Positions 1 through 9,660 of a stretch of 37,221 nucleotides of DNA are shown one piece after another. The notes beneath the pieces are model-generated. The model saw only the letters and a list, made by a program, of their open reading frames with translations. It was not told the origin of the DNA and ran no database searches. Origin of the DNA: an uncultured Eubacteriales bacterium. GTDB taxonomy: Bacteria > Bacillota > Clostridia > Christensenellales > DTU072. The position numbers and the translations under genes were made by a program. The stretch spans positions 1 through 37,221 of the forward strand of contig CACXFJ010000025.1 in the NCBI GenBank assembly GCA_902766965.1, given 5' to 3'. Within the stretch, counting starts at the first letter, position 1. Each line of letters starts with the position of its first letter.

Positions 1-445
1 GCGAAGATATTATGCTTATTTTTTGCTTCATTCCGTGGGAATACGAGGATATTTTGGAAGTGAGTTTATCCGTCATATCGAATAAATCGGCGTATTTTTC
101 CACTCTTTCTTTCCTAACGTCGCTGTCCACGTCGAAAATGTCGGCTACGAAGTTTACGTATTGCTCTCCCGTCAACGACTCGTACAAAACGTGATCGTCC
201 GCCACGAATCCTATACGCTTTTTTGCTTCTATAGGGTGTTCTTTCAGGTCGTATCCGCAGATATTTATATTCCCTTCTTCGTACGGCAAAATCCCCGTCA
301 TACACTTAATCGTAGTGGACTTTCCGGCGCCGTTCGGACCGAGAAAACCGAACACTTCGCCGGCGTCTACCGTTATACTCAAATCGTCTACGGCTTTAAC
401 TTTACCTTTTGCATAGCGTTTTGTTAAATTAGTGATTTTTATCAT
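1..445 (-). CDS. ABC transporter ATP-binding protein, N-terminal ~148 aa only (gene runs off the left edge)
   Basis: Absent from the ORF track because it has no in-window stop. Minus-strand ATG at 445-443 follows GAGAGG (456-451). My translation is MIKITNLTKRYAKGKVKAVDDLSITVDAGEVFGFLGPNGAGKSTTIKCMTGIL..., with a Walker A P-loop (GPNGAGKST) at the usual ABC ATPase position. Confidence 0.85.
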   Translation of the reverse strand, partial: MIKITNLTKRYAKGKVKAVDDLSITVDAGEVFGFLGPNGAGKSTTIKCMTGILPYEEGNINICGYDLKEHPIEAKKRIGFVADDHVLYESLTGEQYVNFVADIFDVDSDVRKERVEKYADLFDMTDKLTSKISSYSHGMKQKISIISS

Positions 446-464
446 TTAATCCTCTCAAAATCGT

Positions 465-1742
465 TTATTTGTCCGTTCTCCACAGTCCGTGGTAGTTCTT
501 TTCGTCGCCGATATCCGACGGAACGTAAAATACTTCGTCCTTTATATCGTCGGGCAAATACTGCTGTTCGACGTAGCCGCCGTAAGAATGGGGATATTTG
601 TACCCCGATATTTTTTTCGTCTTATAATTCGGATCCCTTAAATATTCAGGGACGTCGTTATGCCCTTCTTTCGACACTTCGTCGGCTTTTTCCAACGCAA
701 TAATAACGCTGTTCGATTTAGGCGCTTTGCAAACGTAAATTATAGCTTCGGTAAGAGGAATAAGCCCTTCGGGCAAACCCATTCTTTCCATCGCGAGAGT
801 AGCGTTGACGGCGATATTCAATGCGTTCGGGTCGGCTAAACCCACGTCTTCTGCCGAATGAGCCATAAGCCTTCTGCAAATAAGTTTAGGGTCTATTCCC
901 GCGTTAATCAGCCGCATTGCGTAAAACAACGCCGCATTCGGGTCGCTTCCTCGTAAAGACTTACAAAAAGCGCTTATCATATCGTAATAATCGCTTTCGT
1001 CCACTCCTATTACCGGTCTTTGCGTTGACTGCGCCGCTATTTCTTTCGTTATTTTGATTACGCCGTTTTTATCGGAAGGCGTGGACAAAACGGCAAGTTC
1101 GAGTGAATTTAACGCCACTCTCATATCGCCGTTGCTCGCTAAAATAAACTGCTGTTTCGCCCCTTCGTCTATATCTATGTCGTAATTGCCGAAACCGACT
1201 CTTTTGTCGCTCAACGCTCTTTCCAGTCCGAACCGTATATCTTCGGGTTCGAGCGGTTTGAATTCGAATATTCTGCACCGCGACACGATGGCTTTCGTCA
1301 TACTGACGTAAGGATTTTCCGTCGTGCTGCCGATAAAGACGATTTCTCCCTTTTCGATAGCTCCCAGAACGCAGTCGGACTGCGACTTGTTCCAACGGTG
1401 ACATTCGTCGAGTAATAAGTAAGTTTTTCTGCCGAAAAGAGCCAGTTCTTTTTTGGCTCTGTCGATAATCGCTTTCGCTTCGGATACTCCGCTCGATACA
1501 GCGTTTAGGTACTCGTAGTTACTGTGCGTAGTGTTCGCTATTATGTTTGCAAGAGTGGTTTTCCCCGTTCCGGGCGGACCGTAAAAAATGCAACTTCCGA
1601 GCCTGTCCGCCATAATCGCTCTGCGTAAAAGACACCCTTCCCCGACGATATGTTTTTGTCCTACGAAATCGTCGAGAGAAGAGCAACGCATTCTCTCCGC
1701 AAGCGGAGCGTTTTCTAATCTGTTGTTTTCGAATAAATCCAT
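465..1742 (-). CDS. rarA: replication-associated recombination protein A (RarA/MgsA AAA+ ATPase)
   Basis: 425 aa. PLAERMR..LDDFVGQKHIVG N-terminus, Walker A GPPGTGKTTLA, Walker B LLLDECHRWNK, VSRCRIFEFKPL, and a C-terminal MgsA-type helical domain. ATG checked at 1742-1740. Confidence 0.93.
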   Translation of the reverse strand: MDLFENNRLENAPLAERMRCSSLDDFVGQKHIVGEGCLLRRAIMADRLGSCIFYGPPGTGKTTLANIIANTTHSNYEYLNAVSSGVSEAKAIIDRAKKELALFGRKTYLLLDECHRWNKSQSDCVLGAIEKGEIVFIGSTTENPYVSMTKAIVSRCRIFEFKPLEPEDIRFGLERALSDKRVGFGNYDIDIDEGAKQQFILASNGDMRVALNSLELAVLSTPSDKNGVIKITKEIAAQSTQRPVIGVDESDYYDMISAFCKSLRGSDPNAALFYAMRLINAGIDPKLICRRLMAHSAEDVGLADPNALNIAVNATLAMERMGLPEGLIPLTEAIIYVCKAPKSNSVIIALEKADEVSKEGHNDVPEYLRDPNYKTKKISGYKYPHSYGGYVEQQYLPDDIKDEVFYVPSDIGDEKNYHGLWRTDK

Positions 1743-1748
1743 ATAAAT

Positions 1749-1777
1749 ATGATATAATTATTTTTATCTTAAGTCAA
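1749..1777 (-). promoter_or_regulatory. candidate sigma-A promoter of rarA: TTGACT (1777-1772), 17 nt, TATCAT (1754-1749), 6 nt, ATG
   Basis: Read directly on the minus strand: cTTGACTtaagataaaaataattaTATCATatttatATG. There is no purine-rich SD between the -10 and the ATG. Confidence 0.5.
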
Positions 1778-1841
1778 GTTACGGCGTTGATTTTTGCTAT
1801 CCGCATTATATTAAAATATAATTTTTCGCAATCAGTCGATT

Positions 1842-4800
1842 TTACGGCGCGCAAACTACTATTTTTTGCAGTATCCCGTCTTCTAAAGTAACGTAGTTTT
1901 CCACGCGTTTTTCTCCGTTGACTTCCACCGAAAACTCTTCGTCCGATTTATACTCGATGCTGTAAACGCTGTCGTTAAATTTATACGTTAGCACGCTCGA
2001 CGACAACTTTTTCGGCAGTCGAGGCTCGATATAAAGTTTTTTGCCCCGTCTTTTCAGACCGAAAAATTCTTCTACTATAAGTCTGTACGCCCAACCTGCG
2101 CTGCCCGTATACCAGCTCCATCCCATTCTGCCGTAGTTTTGTTCGTTGGAATAAATATCGCCTGCAAAGACGTACGGTTCTCCTTTATATCGTAAATTTT
2201 TATCTTCCTTACGGCATTTTTCGACGGGATTTATCATCATAAACAAGTCGAACGCTTCGTCTTCTCTGCCGGCTCTCGTCAAAGCGATAAGATACCACAC
2301 TGCGGCGTGAGTATACTGTCCGCCGTTTTCCCTGACTCCTTGCGGATACGCCGAAATATAACCGAATCCCGACTTTTCTTTCAGCGGCGGAGAAAGAAGT
2401 TTTATTATCCCGGCGTTTTCGTCAACTAAACTTTTCGCCGTGTCAAGTACGATTTTCGCTCTCTTTTCGTCGGCTATTCCCGATATCACGGCGTAACTTT
2501 GCGTGAGAATATCCAAGGAAAGAACTTCGTTTCCGCCCTGCCCGTACCACTTGCCGTCGTCGGAAAACAATCTCATATACCTATCTCTATCGAAGGCGAA
2601 GGAATTGACGGCGGCTTTAAGTTCTTCTCCTATTCTCGACAGGTCTTTTTCCGTCTCTTCGTCGCATATCCGCCCGAATTTGCGAGTTACTTCATAACAC
2701 AACATGGAATTGAACACGCTTTCGCCCTTTCCTTTCCTGCAAATTTCGTCCATACCGTCGTTCCAGTCGCCGCTTCCCATGACGAGCAAACCGTGTTCTC
2801 CGTACCGTAAACTGCTTTTTATCGCTTTAAGGCAATGTTTTCGCAAACTTTCTCTCCGTTCGGTGTATCTCGGATTTTCGTATCTCGTGTTTTCGTGTTC
2901 CGACAAAACGGGCGAATCGAGATAAGGTAAGTCGGTATCTAAAATTCCGTAATCGCCGCTAAACTCGACGTATTCCGCCACGGCGAGGGGTAAAAACAGC
3001 TTATCGTCGGTGATTTTCGTCCTTAATCCGAATTTTGGTTCGTGCCACCAGTGCATAACGTCCCCTTCGAAATATTGATGCTTAGCCGCTTCGAGAATGA
3101 TTTCTTTCGTCTTTTCGGGAGAAAAATGCATAACAGAAAGCCCGTCTTGAAGTTTATCTCTGAAACCGGTAGCTCCTCCCACCTGATAAAAACCGGCTTT
3201 TGCGTTAATTCTCGACGAAACTACCTGATAAGGCAACCATTTTAGTAATACGTTAAAGGAACGGAACGGCGAAACAACGCTTACGTTGCCCGCGCCGTCG
3301 AAATAATCCTTGTCTTTCGCTTCGTAATAAGAAACGTTTTCGGCGGTAACAGACTCAATAAGGCTCTTATCCTGCGAAAATACTATTCGGAATTTAACGT
3401 TTTCCGCCGTGGTAAAATATTCGCAATACGGCGACCTCTCTTCGTCGTGAAAAGTTATATCCTGTAAATTTTCAGCCAAAAACTTAATAAAAAGTCTGTT
3501 TCCGCTGACGATATTCGTTATCGTAAGCAGATTTCCGTCCGCTCTGCACGATAAAAAAGCAGGCTCGTAATACCAACTTAGCGACGGATACAGTCCGTAA
3601 ATAAACTCGGCGTATCCCCCTCCGTTCACCGCGTCAACCGTTATCGTTCTGCCTTTCCCGTTGCAAATAGTTGCGTATTTTACCGTGCAGGTAACGCGAT
3701 TTATTTTACTGACGAAAACCGTTTTTCCTTTCTCGAAGGTAACGAACCTGTTTTCCCCGTCACCGCAGTTCAGTCTGTGACAACCGTCCGCAGTTTTAAC
3801 GTATAAAAACTCGGAAAAATCGTCGGTAATAGGGTCGTTATCGAACTTATTCATCTTGTTTTCACGCGAATTATCGAAATAGAAGAACCCGCCGCCGTTG
3901 TTCGTGGTAATCATACCGCCATATTCCGCTCCGATTACGTTTGCGTACGGCAAAAGGGTGCTTTCCTCGACTATATAATCGTCGTTTTCGTCGAAACCGC
4001 CGCTGCCGCTCCTGTATAAAGTAGCTCCGTGTCGTAAAATTTCGCCGCCGCGTTTTTCGCTCGTTTCTTTGATAAGCTCGAATTTTTTGTCGGGAACGTA
4101 CTTCGTTTTGCGGAAACTAAGGTCGTAATTCAATGTGATCAATGCGTATTTTTGCATATTTTCGTCGGAAAAACATATTTCGCAGTCGCTTATATGATGC
4201 GAAAGTATTTTTTCGGAAAGATATTTTTTTACAGTTTCGGTCTCTTCGCGTTCGATTTCCACAATAAAAGACGCGTTAATTCCGAGTAGTTTCAATTCGT
4301 CGCACATCGATAAAAATTTCTCGAACTTATCGTTGGCTTTCGCGTTATACTTGTACAAAACGAGCTTTTTACCCTTGCATTTATTGAGAAAATCAAGCGT
4401 TTTCCCGTTTTTAATAACGTAAGAAAGAGTGGTCTGACGATACGGAAGATAAAGAATTTCGCTTATGAGGTCGCAGGTTTCCGTACTTACGGGGATCTTT
4501 CCGTCGCTTAATAAGGCGAAAGAGTAGGTATCTTCGGGTAAAGAATTAAGTCCGTTAATAACTTCGCTCTCGTTTTCGCCGTAAATTAAAGAAACGCAAC
4601 AATTATTTTTCATAAGCGTACCCGTAAACCCTACGCACGGATTAAGAACGTCGCCGATAGACGGAGCGGTTTTATCTTCATCGGAAAAAACTTTCGGCTT
4701 ACGCAAAGAACCGTTTCTTCCCAGAAAGTTTTCGGCGTTGCACTCGAAACGAAGATTTTTTACTCCGCATACCTTAACTCCGAGAACCGAATCTTTTTCG

Positions 4801-7800
4801 TTTTCGCTCTTTTTCCTGCGGCGTAAAATCACGCAATCCTGCCCTATCGTCTTGGCTTTTATAAATAATCCGTTATACGTCGGATGGGAATTATACGCGT
4901 CGAGAGTGTTCAAAGTGACGGGACTGAAAAATGCGATTTTCGCGTTATTTTCGCTACACTCGAAATATCTCGTTTCTCCGTTTAATCCCGTCAAAAGCGA
5001 AACTTTTTCCACGAGTTTTTTCGTCGAATTTTCCAAAATAATTTCATTGCCGAAATACTTTACCGAATAGCGACACTCGTCGGTAAGGGGAAGATACGTC
5101 GGAGAAAATATCTTGCCGTCATCGCCTTTTATAAGGAAAAACGAACCGTTGTTTTCTTCGTAAATCCCGCCGAATTTGCCGCAAAGAATAGCTCCGTTTT
5201 GAGCAAATCCGCCTCCAAAAGCGTTAATAAATAGTTTATAATCTCCGTCGTTTAAGGCGAATACGTGGAAATATTCTTCTAATTTATTGATATTTTTGTA
5301 AGTCTTTACATTCTCAATATTATATTTTTCTTTATTTTTCGGAAGATATCTACTATTTTTCAACCTTGAAGTAATTTCGTTATAGTTTTTCAACGTTGCG
5401 GCTATTTTTTCATCATTTGAAAAAAGCTCGTTTATCACACCGTTTTCTACTAAATCGGCTATGGCGCAAAGTATCATTCCCTGATGGTGCGTCATGTGAG
5501 AATATACCTTTCCTCCCCCCTTTCTCATATCGTACGCTTCAAAAAAACCGTACTCGTCTACCATTCCGTTTTCTTCGGATTTTATTAAATTTTTGATAGT
5601 TTCTTTCGGACGATATTTTAAGCAAATTGCCGAAGAATAAGGACTGATTACAGGAAGAGTGTTTTCGTTTTTTAACGACAATCGCCTAATTCCGAAAGCG
5701 TAATATTGATACTTTAATTGTTCGTCGAGAGAGTAAAATCCGCTCTCGCCTATTCCGAAAAGTCCGTTATACCTGTTTTCGCACTGAGCTTTGGCTACGT
5801 TATTTTCGGTGTCGTAAATAAGCGAATATCTCGGCGCCGAAATAAACAACGACGGCATAAGGGTTTCGAACGCCGTTCCGCTCCAACTTAAAAGAGTGTT
5901 CCCGCCGTACGAAGAGTAATCCCTTTGCAGACATCTGAAATTATCCGTATTTTTCTTGTACGCCATAAAAATCGTGCTTAAAATTCGGCTTTCCGAATTC
6001 AATAAATCGTAATGACCTACGAAATTTTCGCCGTCATAACCTATAAAAAACAGTTTTTTCGACTCGTCGTACAAGGCTTCCAAATCGGTGTTAATGATAA
6101 GCAAATCGGTTTTCAGTTCGTTCACGTCGTCGTTATGCTTTTTATAAAACTCGCGGCACACGATAAGACAGGCTACGAGATTTCCGCTGTCGACGCTGCT
6201 TACAAAACGATTTACGGGCTTTTTCGTGTTAATATCGTACCAATTATAGAGATTTCCTTTCCATTTCGGCAATTTATCTATTGACGAAATTATAGAATTA
6301 AGGTTATCGACGCACTCTTTATAGTCGATTATTCCGAGATAATACGCCGAAATCCGCGCTATAAGGCTAAATCCTATATTTGTCGGCGAAGTGACCGTAG
6401 CCACCCCCTTATAAGGCTTAATTTGCAAGTTATCCCCTATAAGAGCGTCGTATGACGCCGTGTAAGAAAAGTATTTGTAGGTTTTTTCGGCGTAGCGTAA
6501 AAGCGTTTTCTTATCCCTTTCGCTTAAAGTGTAAGTTTTTATCTTGTTTTCGGAACAAACGTACAATTCGGCATACGAAATTATCGCTCCGAAGAGGTAC
6601 GCAAATATTAATACGCTCGTCGGATTAACGAAATAAAGACCTATCGCAACAGCCGTCAGTACGGCAAAAGACGGCGTAAATTCCTTAAAAAACGCACTTA
6701 CGTTCCTTTCAGACTGCGATTCTCGGTAAGTTTTCCAACTAAGCAGGTCCTTTTTCGTAATCATAGCGAAAATCGTTCCTAAAAACAGTTTCAGATTATC
6801 GAAAGCGTAGTACCAAAGAGTAAAGGCGTCTTCTATCGAAAAAACTATTTTTTTCATCGCGTCGGAAAAAACGTACCTTATTCTCGCGCCGCACGATAAA
6901 TTCCTTAACGCCTTAATAACGTCGATAACGTACGGCGTAAAAAACAAACCGACCGCAAAGAGAAGATTCGTTACTCCCGTAAATACACCGTAAAGAACAG
7001 CCGCCGCAAGGAAACTTGCTTTTAACGCGCTTAAAGCGTTTTTTCCCATAATATAACGGTAAAACGGTTCTATTTTTTGCCGACAAGTTTTGTTTTCGTC
7101 GTTTTTCCACCGTCCGAAAAGAAACGGTAAAAGCTGAATATCCCCTCTTATCCAACGTTTTTTGCGTTCTCTGTCCGATAAAAAACCGTTCGGAGCCTCC
7201 TCGAAAGCAGTCGTAGCCCCGCCCGTAGACAACACCGAACCTTCTATAATATCGTGCGAAAGAATTTTCCCGGACGGGAATATTCCGTCGATTTTTTTAT
7301 AAAACGCTTCGGGACGGTAAATTCCCTTTCCGCAATAAATATCGCGACCGAACGCCCTGTAAAACAAATCGGAATATACCGGATACTCTTCGGTGCCGCT
7401 TTCGCTTAAAAACCTTTTGGAATAGACCGTTCTTAACGAAAACAAGTCGTAACGACTGTGCAAAGTCATCAAATCGTACTTTTTGTTATACGGATGCGAC
7501 ATCATATTTACCATTTCGAGTACGTCTCCGGTAAAAAGCGAATTGTCCGCGTCGAGAGTGACGACGTATTTGGGAATAAAATAGTTCGCATTGCCGATAT
7601 AGTAGAAGTCTTCCGAATTTCCCGTGACGAACAACTTATTCAAAGCGTTCAAGGCTCCCCTTTTCCGTTCGTGCGCAACGTATTTTTTGCCGTTAAAAGA
7701 TTTTTTGCGTAAAAACACGCTTATATCTTCTTCGAGACCTTTGGTTCTTATTCTTTCGATAATTTCGTTATCGACGGTATTTACGGGCGTATTGCCGCCC

Positions 7801-9209
7801 TTCGTATCTACAAGAAGACAAAATTCCACGTTTTCCCCGCCGTTCGAGGCACGCAAAAGTCGTATATGTTTCAGACTTTCGTCGAACTGTTCGGAAGAAG
7901 TTATAAATTCACTCACGACTACCGCAACTTTATCGTTGGCAGAAACGGTTTTTGCGTTCTTTTCGGGTGCGCGTTTATCCTTAACCATGCCGTTAAGAGC
8001 GTAATTTATTAAGTTTTCCGTAATAAAAATAAGCGGAACGAAACTCAGCGCCCCGATTACAACGTTAAAAAACGCGGCTATACACGCCGCTCCGCACAGC
8101 GACGGTAAAATTACCGACATAACGTAAACTCTTTGCTTCCACAGACCGTATTTAGGTTTCAACGAAGGAATTATTTTCCTCCTTACCGCTTTTTTTAGCT
8201 CTCTTTTATAGTCGAATAAAACGGTCGATATATCTTTGTCGTTGTTTACGGCGATTTCCGCGGCAATTTCCGCGACGTAGTCTTCCTCCGCTCCGCAACT
8301 CTTGCTTACGTCGGAAACGACGGAAAAGTAGTCTTTCAGCGTGTTCACCGATACCGATTGCAAATCGAATTTTTCGGCGAGTATTTTGTATGAACCCAAA
8401 AATTTTACGTTGTATTCGGCGGTAACGAAAGATTCGGCTTCTCTCATTCCGACGAAAACGGTTTTTGCAAGGGTTGCGTTATATAAAACGGTTTTGTTGT
8501 AATTTGTGATTACTTTCTTTTCCGAAATTCCCTTTTTACGCAAATAATCGGCTTTTTTATCGTTCAATTTTTTATTTTTCATCAAAAAATAGAGATAAAC
8601 GTCACTATTGAAAAGGGCAGGAACGAACTTTTCCGCGGCGGACTCCATTGTGTGTTGCCGCAATATTCTCCGAGCGAGAATATAAGCCTGCTCCGTCAGC
8701 GCGTAGTATATTGCGTTATTAAACTGCATAAGTTCGTCGTATTTTAACAAAACTCTATCGTTGACCGAGCTTAATATCTTGCGGACTCTTTCCCCCGTAA
8801 GTGTGTCGAGCGAATTATTTACTATACCTTTCGCGATAAAAACTATTCTCGGCAGGTCGTTAATATGCGGCAAACTTTTCAAATCGTCTTTTCGGGAATA
8901 TACGTATCTGTAAATCAAATAAAAATTTTCGTACAGCCATTTTTCCCCTTCGGAAACGGGATTGTTCCTCTTTATCCTTTTTTCTATGCTTTTAGTAGCC
9001 TTTTTTATCGTCGGCATAAGTTTTGCCGGGTTTATCCCTTTGCCGCAATCGACGTTTTTTAACCTAAGGCACCCGTCGCATATCAAATCGGAAATCGTTT
9101 CTTCCCCTATTTTTTTCATTACGTTGTCACCGACTTTGACTTTTTCGGAACGGTAAAAAATAAGCGTTAAAATAAATAAAACCGCCAAAGCCGCGATTAT
9201 ATAAGGCAT
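1842..9209 (-). CDS. cyclic beta-1,2-glucan synthase-like giant membrane protein (GT84-type glycosyltransferase + alpha-barrel middle domain + C-terminal GH94 phosphorylase-like domain)
   Basis: 2455 aa. ATG at 9209-9207 follows GGGGG. Contains an N-terminal TM helix and an EKWLYENFYLI region. The GT domain has DxD (VTLDADNS, nt 7545-7553) and RKKRWIRGD (nt ~7141-7166). TM clusters flank the GT domain. The middle region has NWYDINTKKP...VSSVDSGNL. The C-terminal GH94 hallmarks are GDWNDG (nt 2754-2771) and GGQYTHAAVW. Confidence 0.8.
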   Translation of the reverse strand: MPYIIAALAVLFILTLIFYRSEKVKVGDNVMKKIGEETISDLICDGCLRLKNVDCGKGINPAKLMPTIKKATKSIEKRIKRNNPVSEGEKWLYENFYLIYRYVYSRKDDLKSLPHINDLPRIVFIAKGIVNNSLDTLTGERVRKILSSVNDRVLLKYDELMQFNNAIYYALTEQAYILARRILRQHTMESAAEKFVPALFNSDVYLYFLMKNKKLNDKKADYLRKKGISEKKVITNYNKTVLYNATLAKTVFVGMREAESFVTAEYNVKFLGSYKILAEKFDLQSVSVNTLKDYFSVVSDVSKSCGAEEDYVAEIAAEIAVNNDKDISTVLFDYKRELKKAVRRKIIPSLKPKYGLWKQRVYVMSVILPSLCGAACIAAFFNVVIGALSFVPLIFITENLINYALNGMVKDKRAPEKNAKTVSANDKVAVVVSEFITSSEQFDESLKHIRLLRASNGGENVEFCLLVDTKGGNTPVNTVDNEIIERIRTKGLEEDISVFLRKKSFNGKKYVAHERKRGALNALNKLFVTGNSEDFYYIGNANYFIPKYVVTLDADNSLFTGDVLEMVNMMSHPYNKKYDLMTLHSRYDLFSLRTVYSKRFLSESGTEEYPVYSDLFYRAFGRDIYCGKGIYRPEAFYKKIDGIFPSGKILSHDIIEGSVLSTGGATTAFEEAPNGFLSDRERKKRWIRGDIQLLPFLFGRWKNDENKTCRQKIEPFYRYIMGKNALSALKASFLAAAVLYGVFTGVTNLLFAVGLFFTPYVIDVIKALRNLSCGARIRYVFSDAMKKIVFSIEDAFTLWYYAFDNLKLFLGTIFAMITKKDLLSWKTYRESQSERNVSAFFKEFTPSFAVLTAVAIGLYFVNPTSVLIFAYLFGAIISYAELYVCSENKIKTYTLSERDKKTLLRYAEKTYKYFSYTASYDALIGDNLQIKPYKGVATVTSPTNIGFSLIARISAYYLGIIDYKECVDNLNSIISSIDKLPKWKGNLYNWYDINTKKPVNRFVSSVDSGNLVACLIVCREFYKKHNDDVNELKTDLLIINTDLEALYDESKKLFFIGYDGENFVGHYDLLNSESRILSTIFMAYKKNTDNFRCLQRDYSSYGGNTLLSWSGTAFETLMPSLFISAPRYSLIYDTENNVAKAQCENRYNGLFGIGESGFYSLDEQLKYQYYAFGIRRLSLKNENTLPVISPYSSAICLKYRPKETIKNLIKSEENGMVDEYGFFEAYDMRKGGGKVYSHMTHHQGMILCAIADLVENGVINELFSNDEKIAATLKNYNEITSRLKNSRYLPKNKEKYNIENVKTYKNINKLEEYFHVFALNDGDYKLFINAFGGGFAQNGAILCGKFGGIYEENNGSFFLIKGDDGKIFSPTYLPLTDECRYSVKYFGNEIILENSTKKLVEKVSLLTGLNGETRYFECSENNAKIAFFSPVTLNTLDAYNSHPTYNGLFIKAKTIGQDCVILRRRKKSENEKDSVLGVKVCGVKNLRFECNAENFLGRNGSLRKPKVFSDEDKTAPSIGDVLNPCVGFTGTLMKNNCCVSLIYGENESEVINGLNSLPEDTYSFALLSDGKIPVSTETCDLISEILYLPYRQTTLSYVIKNGKTLDFLNKCKGKKLVLYKYNAKANDKFEKFLSMCDELKLLGINASFIVEIEREETETVKKYLSEKILSHHISDCEICFSDENMQKYALITLNYDLSFRKTKYVPDKKFELIKETSEKRGGEILRHGATLYRSGSGGFDENDDYIVEESTLLPYANVIGAEYGGMITTNNGGGFFYFDNSRENKMNKFDNDPITDDFSEFLYVKTADGCHRLNCGDGENRFVTFEKGKTVFVSKINRVTCTVKYATICNGKGRTITVDAVNGGGYAEFIYGLYPSLSWYYEPAFLSCRADGNLLTITNIVSGNRLFIKFLAENLQDITFHDEERSPYCEYFTTAENVKFRIVFSQDKSLIESVTAENVSYYEAKDKDYFDGAGNVSVVSPFRSFNVLLKWLPYQVVSSRINAKAGFYQVGGATGFRDKLQDGLSVMHFSPEKTKEIILEAAKHQYFEGDVMHWWHEPKFGLRTKITDDKLFLPLAVAEYVEFSGDYGILDTDLPYLDSPVLSEHENTRYENPRYTERRESLRKHCLKAIKSSLRYGEHGLLVMGSGDWNDGMDEICRKGKGESVFNSMLCYEVTRKFGRICDEETEKDLSRIGEELKAAVNSFAFDRDRYMRLFSDDGKWYGQGGNEVLSLDILTQSYAVISGIADEKRAKIVLDTAKSLVDENAGIIKLLSPPLKEKSGFGYISAYPQGVRENGGQYTHAAVWYLIALTRAGREDEAFDLFMMINPVEKCRKEDKNLRYKGEPYVFAGDIYSNEQNYGRMGWSWYTGSAGWAYRLIVEEFFGLKRRGKKLYIEPRLPKKLSSSVLTYKFNDSVYSIEYKSDEEFSVEVNGEKRVENYVTLEDGILQKIVVCAP

Positions 9210-9267
9210 AACAATCCCCCTATATTACGATATAGGCAGATTATTTACCTGTAAAAACAAATTATAC

Positions 9268-9296
9268 TTGTAAAAAGCGTTTCGTTGTGTTAATAT
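9268..9296 (+). promoter_or_regulatory. candidate rnpB promoter TTGTAA (9268-9273), 17 nt, TAATAT (9291-9296)
   Basis: The hexamers and spacing are read from the sequence. They sit immediately upstream of the P1 stem of RNase P RNA. An overlapping TATAAT at 9294-9299 is an alternative -10. Confidence 0.4.
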
Positions 9297-9300
9297 AATG

Positions 9301-9622
9301 GTCGAGACGGCCGAACGGACGCTTCGCAAGAAGAGGAAAGTCCGAGCATCACAGGGCAGGGTGACGGGTAACGCCCGCTGAAGGTGACTTTAAGGATAGT
9401 GCAACAGAAATAAACCGCAGTATTATTACTGTAAGGATGGAAAGGTGCGGTAAGAGCGCACCGGCAGTTCGGCAACGAAATTGGCCGTGTAAACCCCACT
9501 CGATGCAAGAGAGAAAACGATCGTTCGCCCGACGCGTTTTCAAAATCGCTTGAACCTTTCGGTAACGACTGGTCTAGACAGATGTCCGTTCAAGACAGAA
9601 CTCGGCTTACAGACCGTCTCGC
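9301..9622 (+). ncRNA. rnpB: RNase P RNA (bacterial, type-A-like, compact, ~320 nt)
   Basis: Universal P4 5' strand GAGGAAAGTCCGAGC (9333-9347), AGTGCAACAGAAA, GTAAACCCC, and P4 3' strand ACAGAACTCGGCTTACAG (9596-9613). P1 pairing: GAGACGG (9304-9310) with CCGTCTC (9614-9620). P2 pairing: GAACGGAC with GTCCGTTC. The exact ends are uncertain by a few nt. Confidence 0.9.
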
Positions 9623-9630
9623 ATCCAAGC

Positions 9631-9658
9631 AAAAAAGGCGTTTTTTAACGCCTTTTTT
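9631..9658. terminator. bidirectional intrinsic terminator shared by rnpB (+) and sigK (-)
   Basis: Perfect 12-bp palindrome AAAAAAGGCGTT/tttt/AACGCCTTTTTT. It gives a GC-cored hairpin followed by a U-run on either strand. It lies between the rnpB 3' end and the sigK stop (9661). Confidence 0.85.
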
Positions 9659-9660
9659 GC

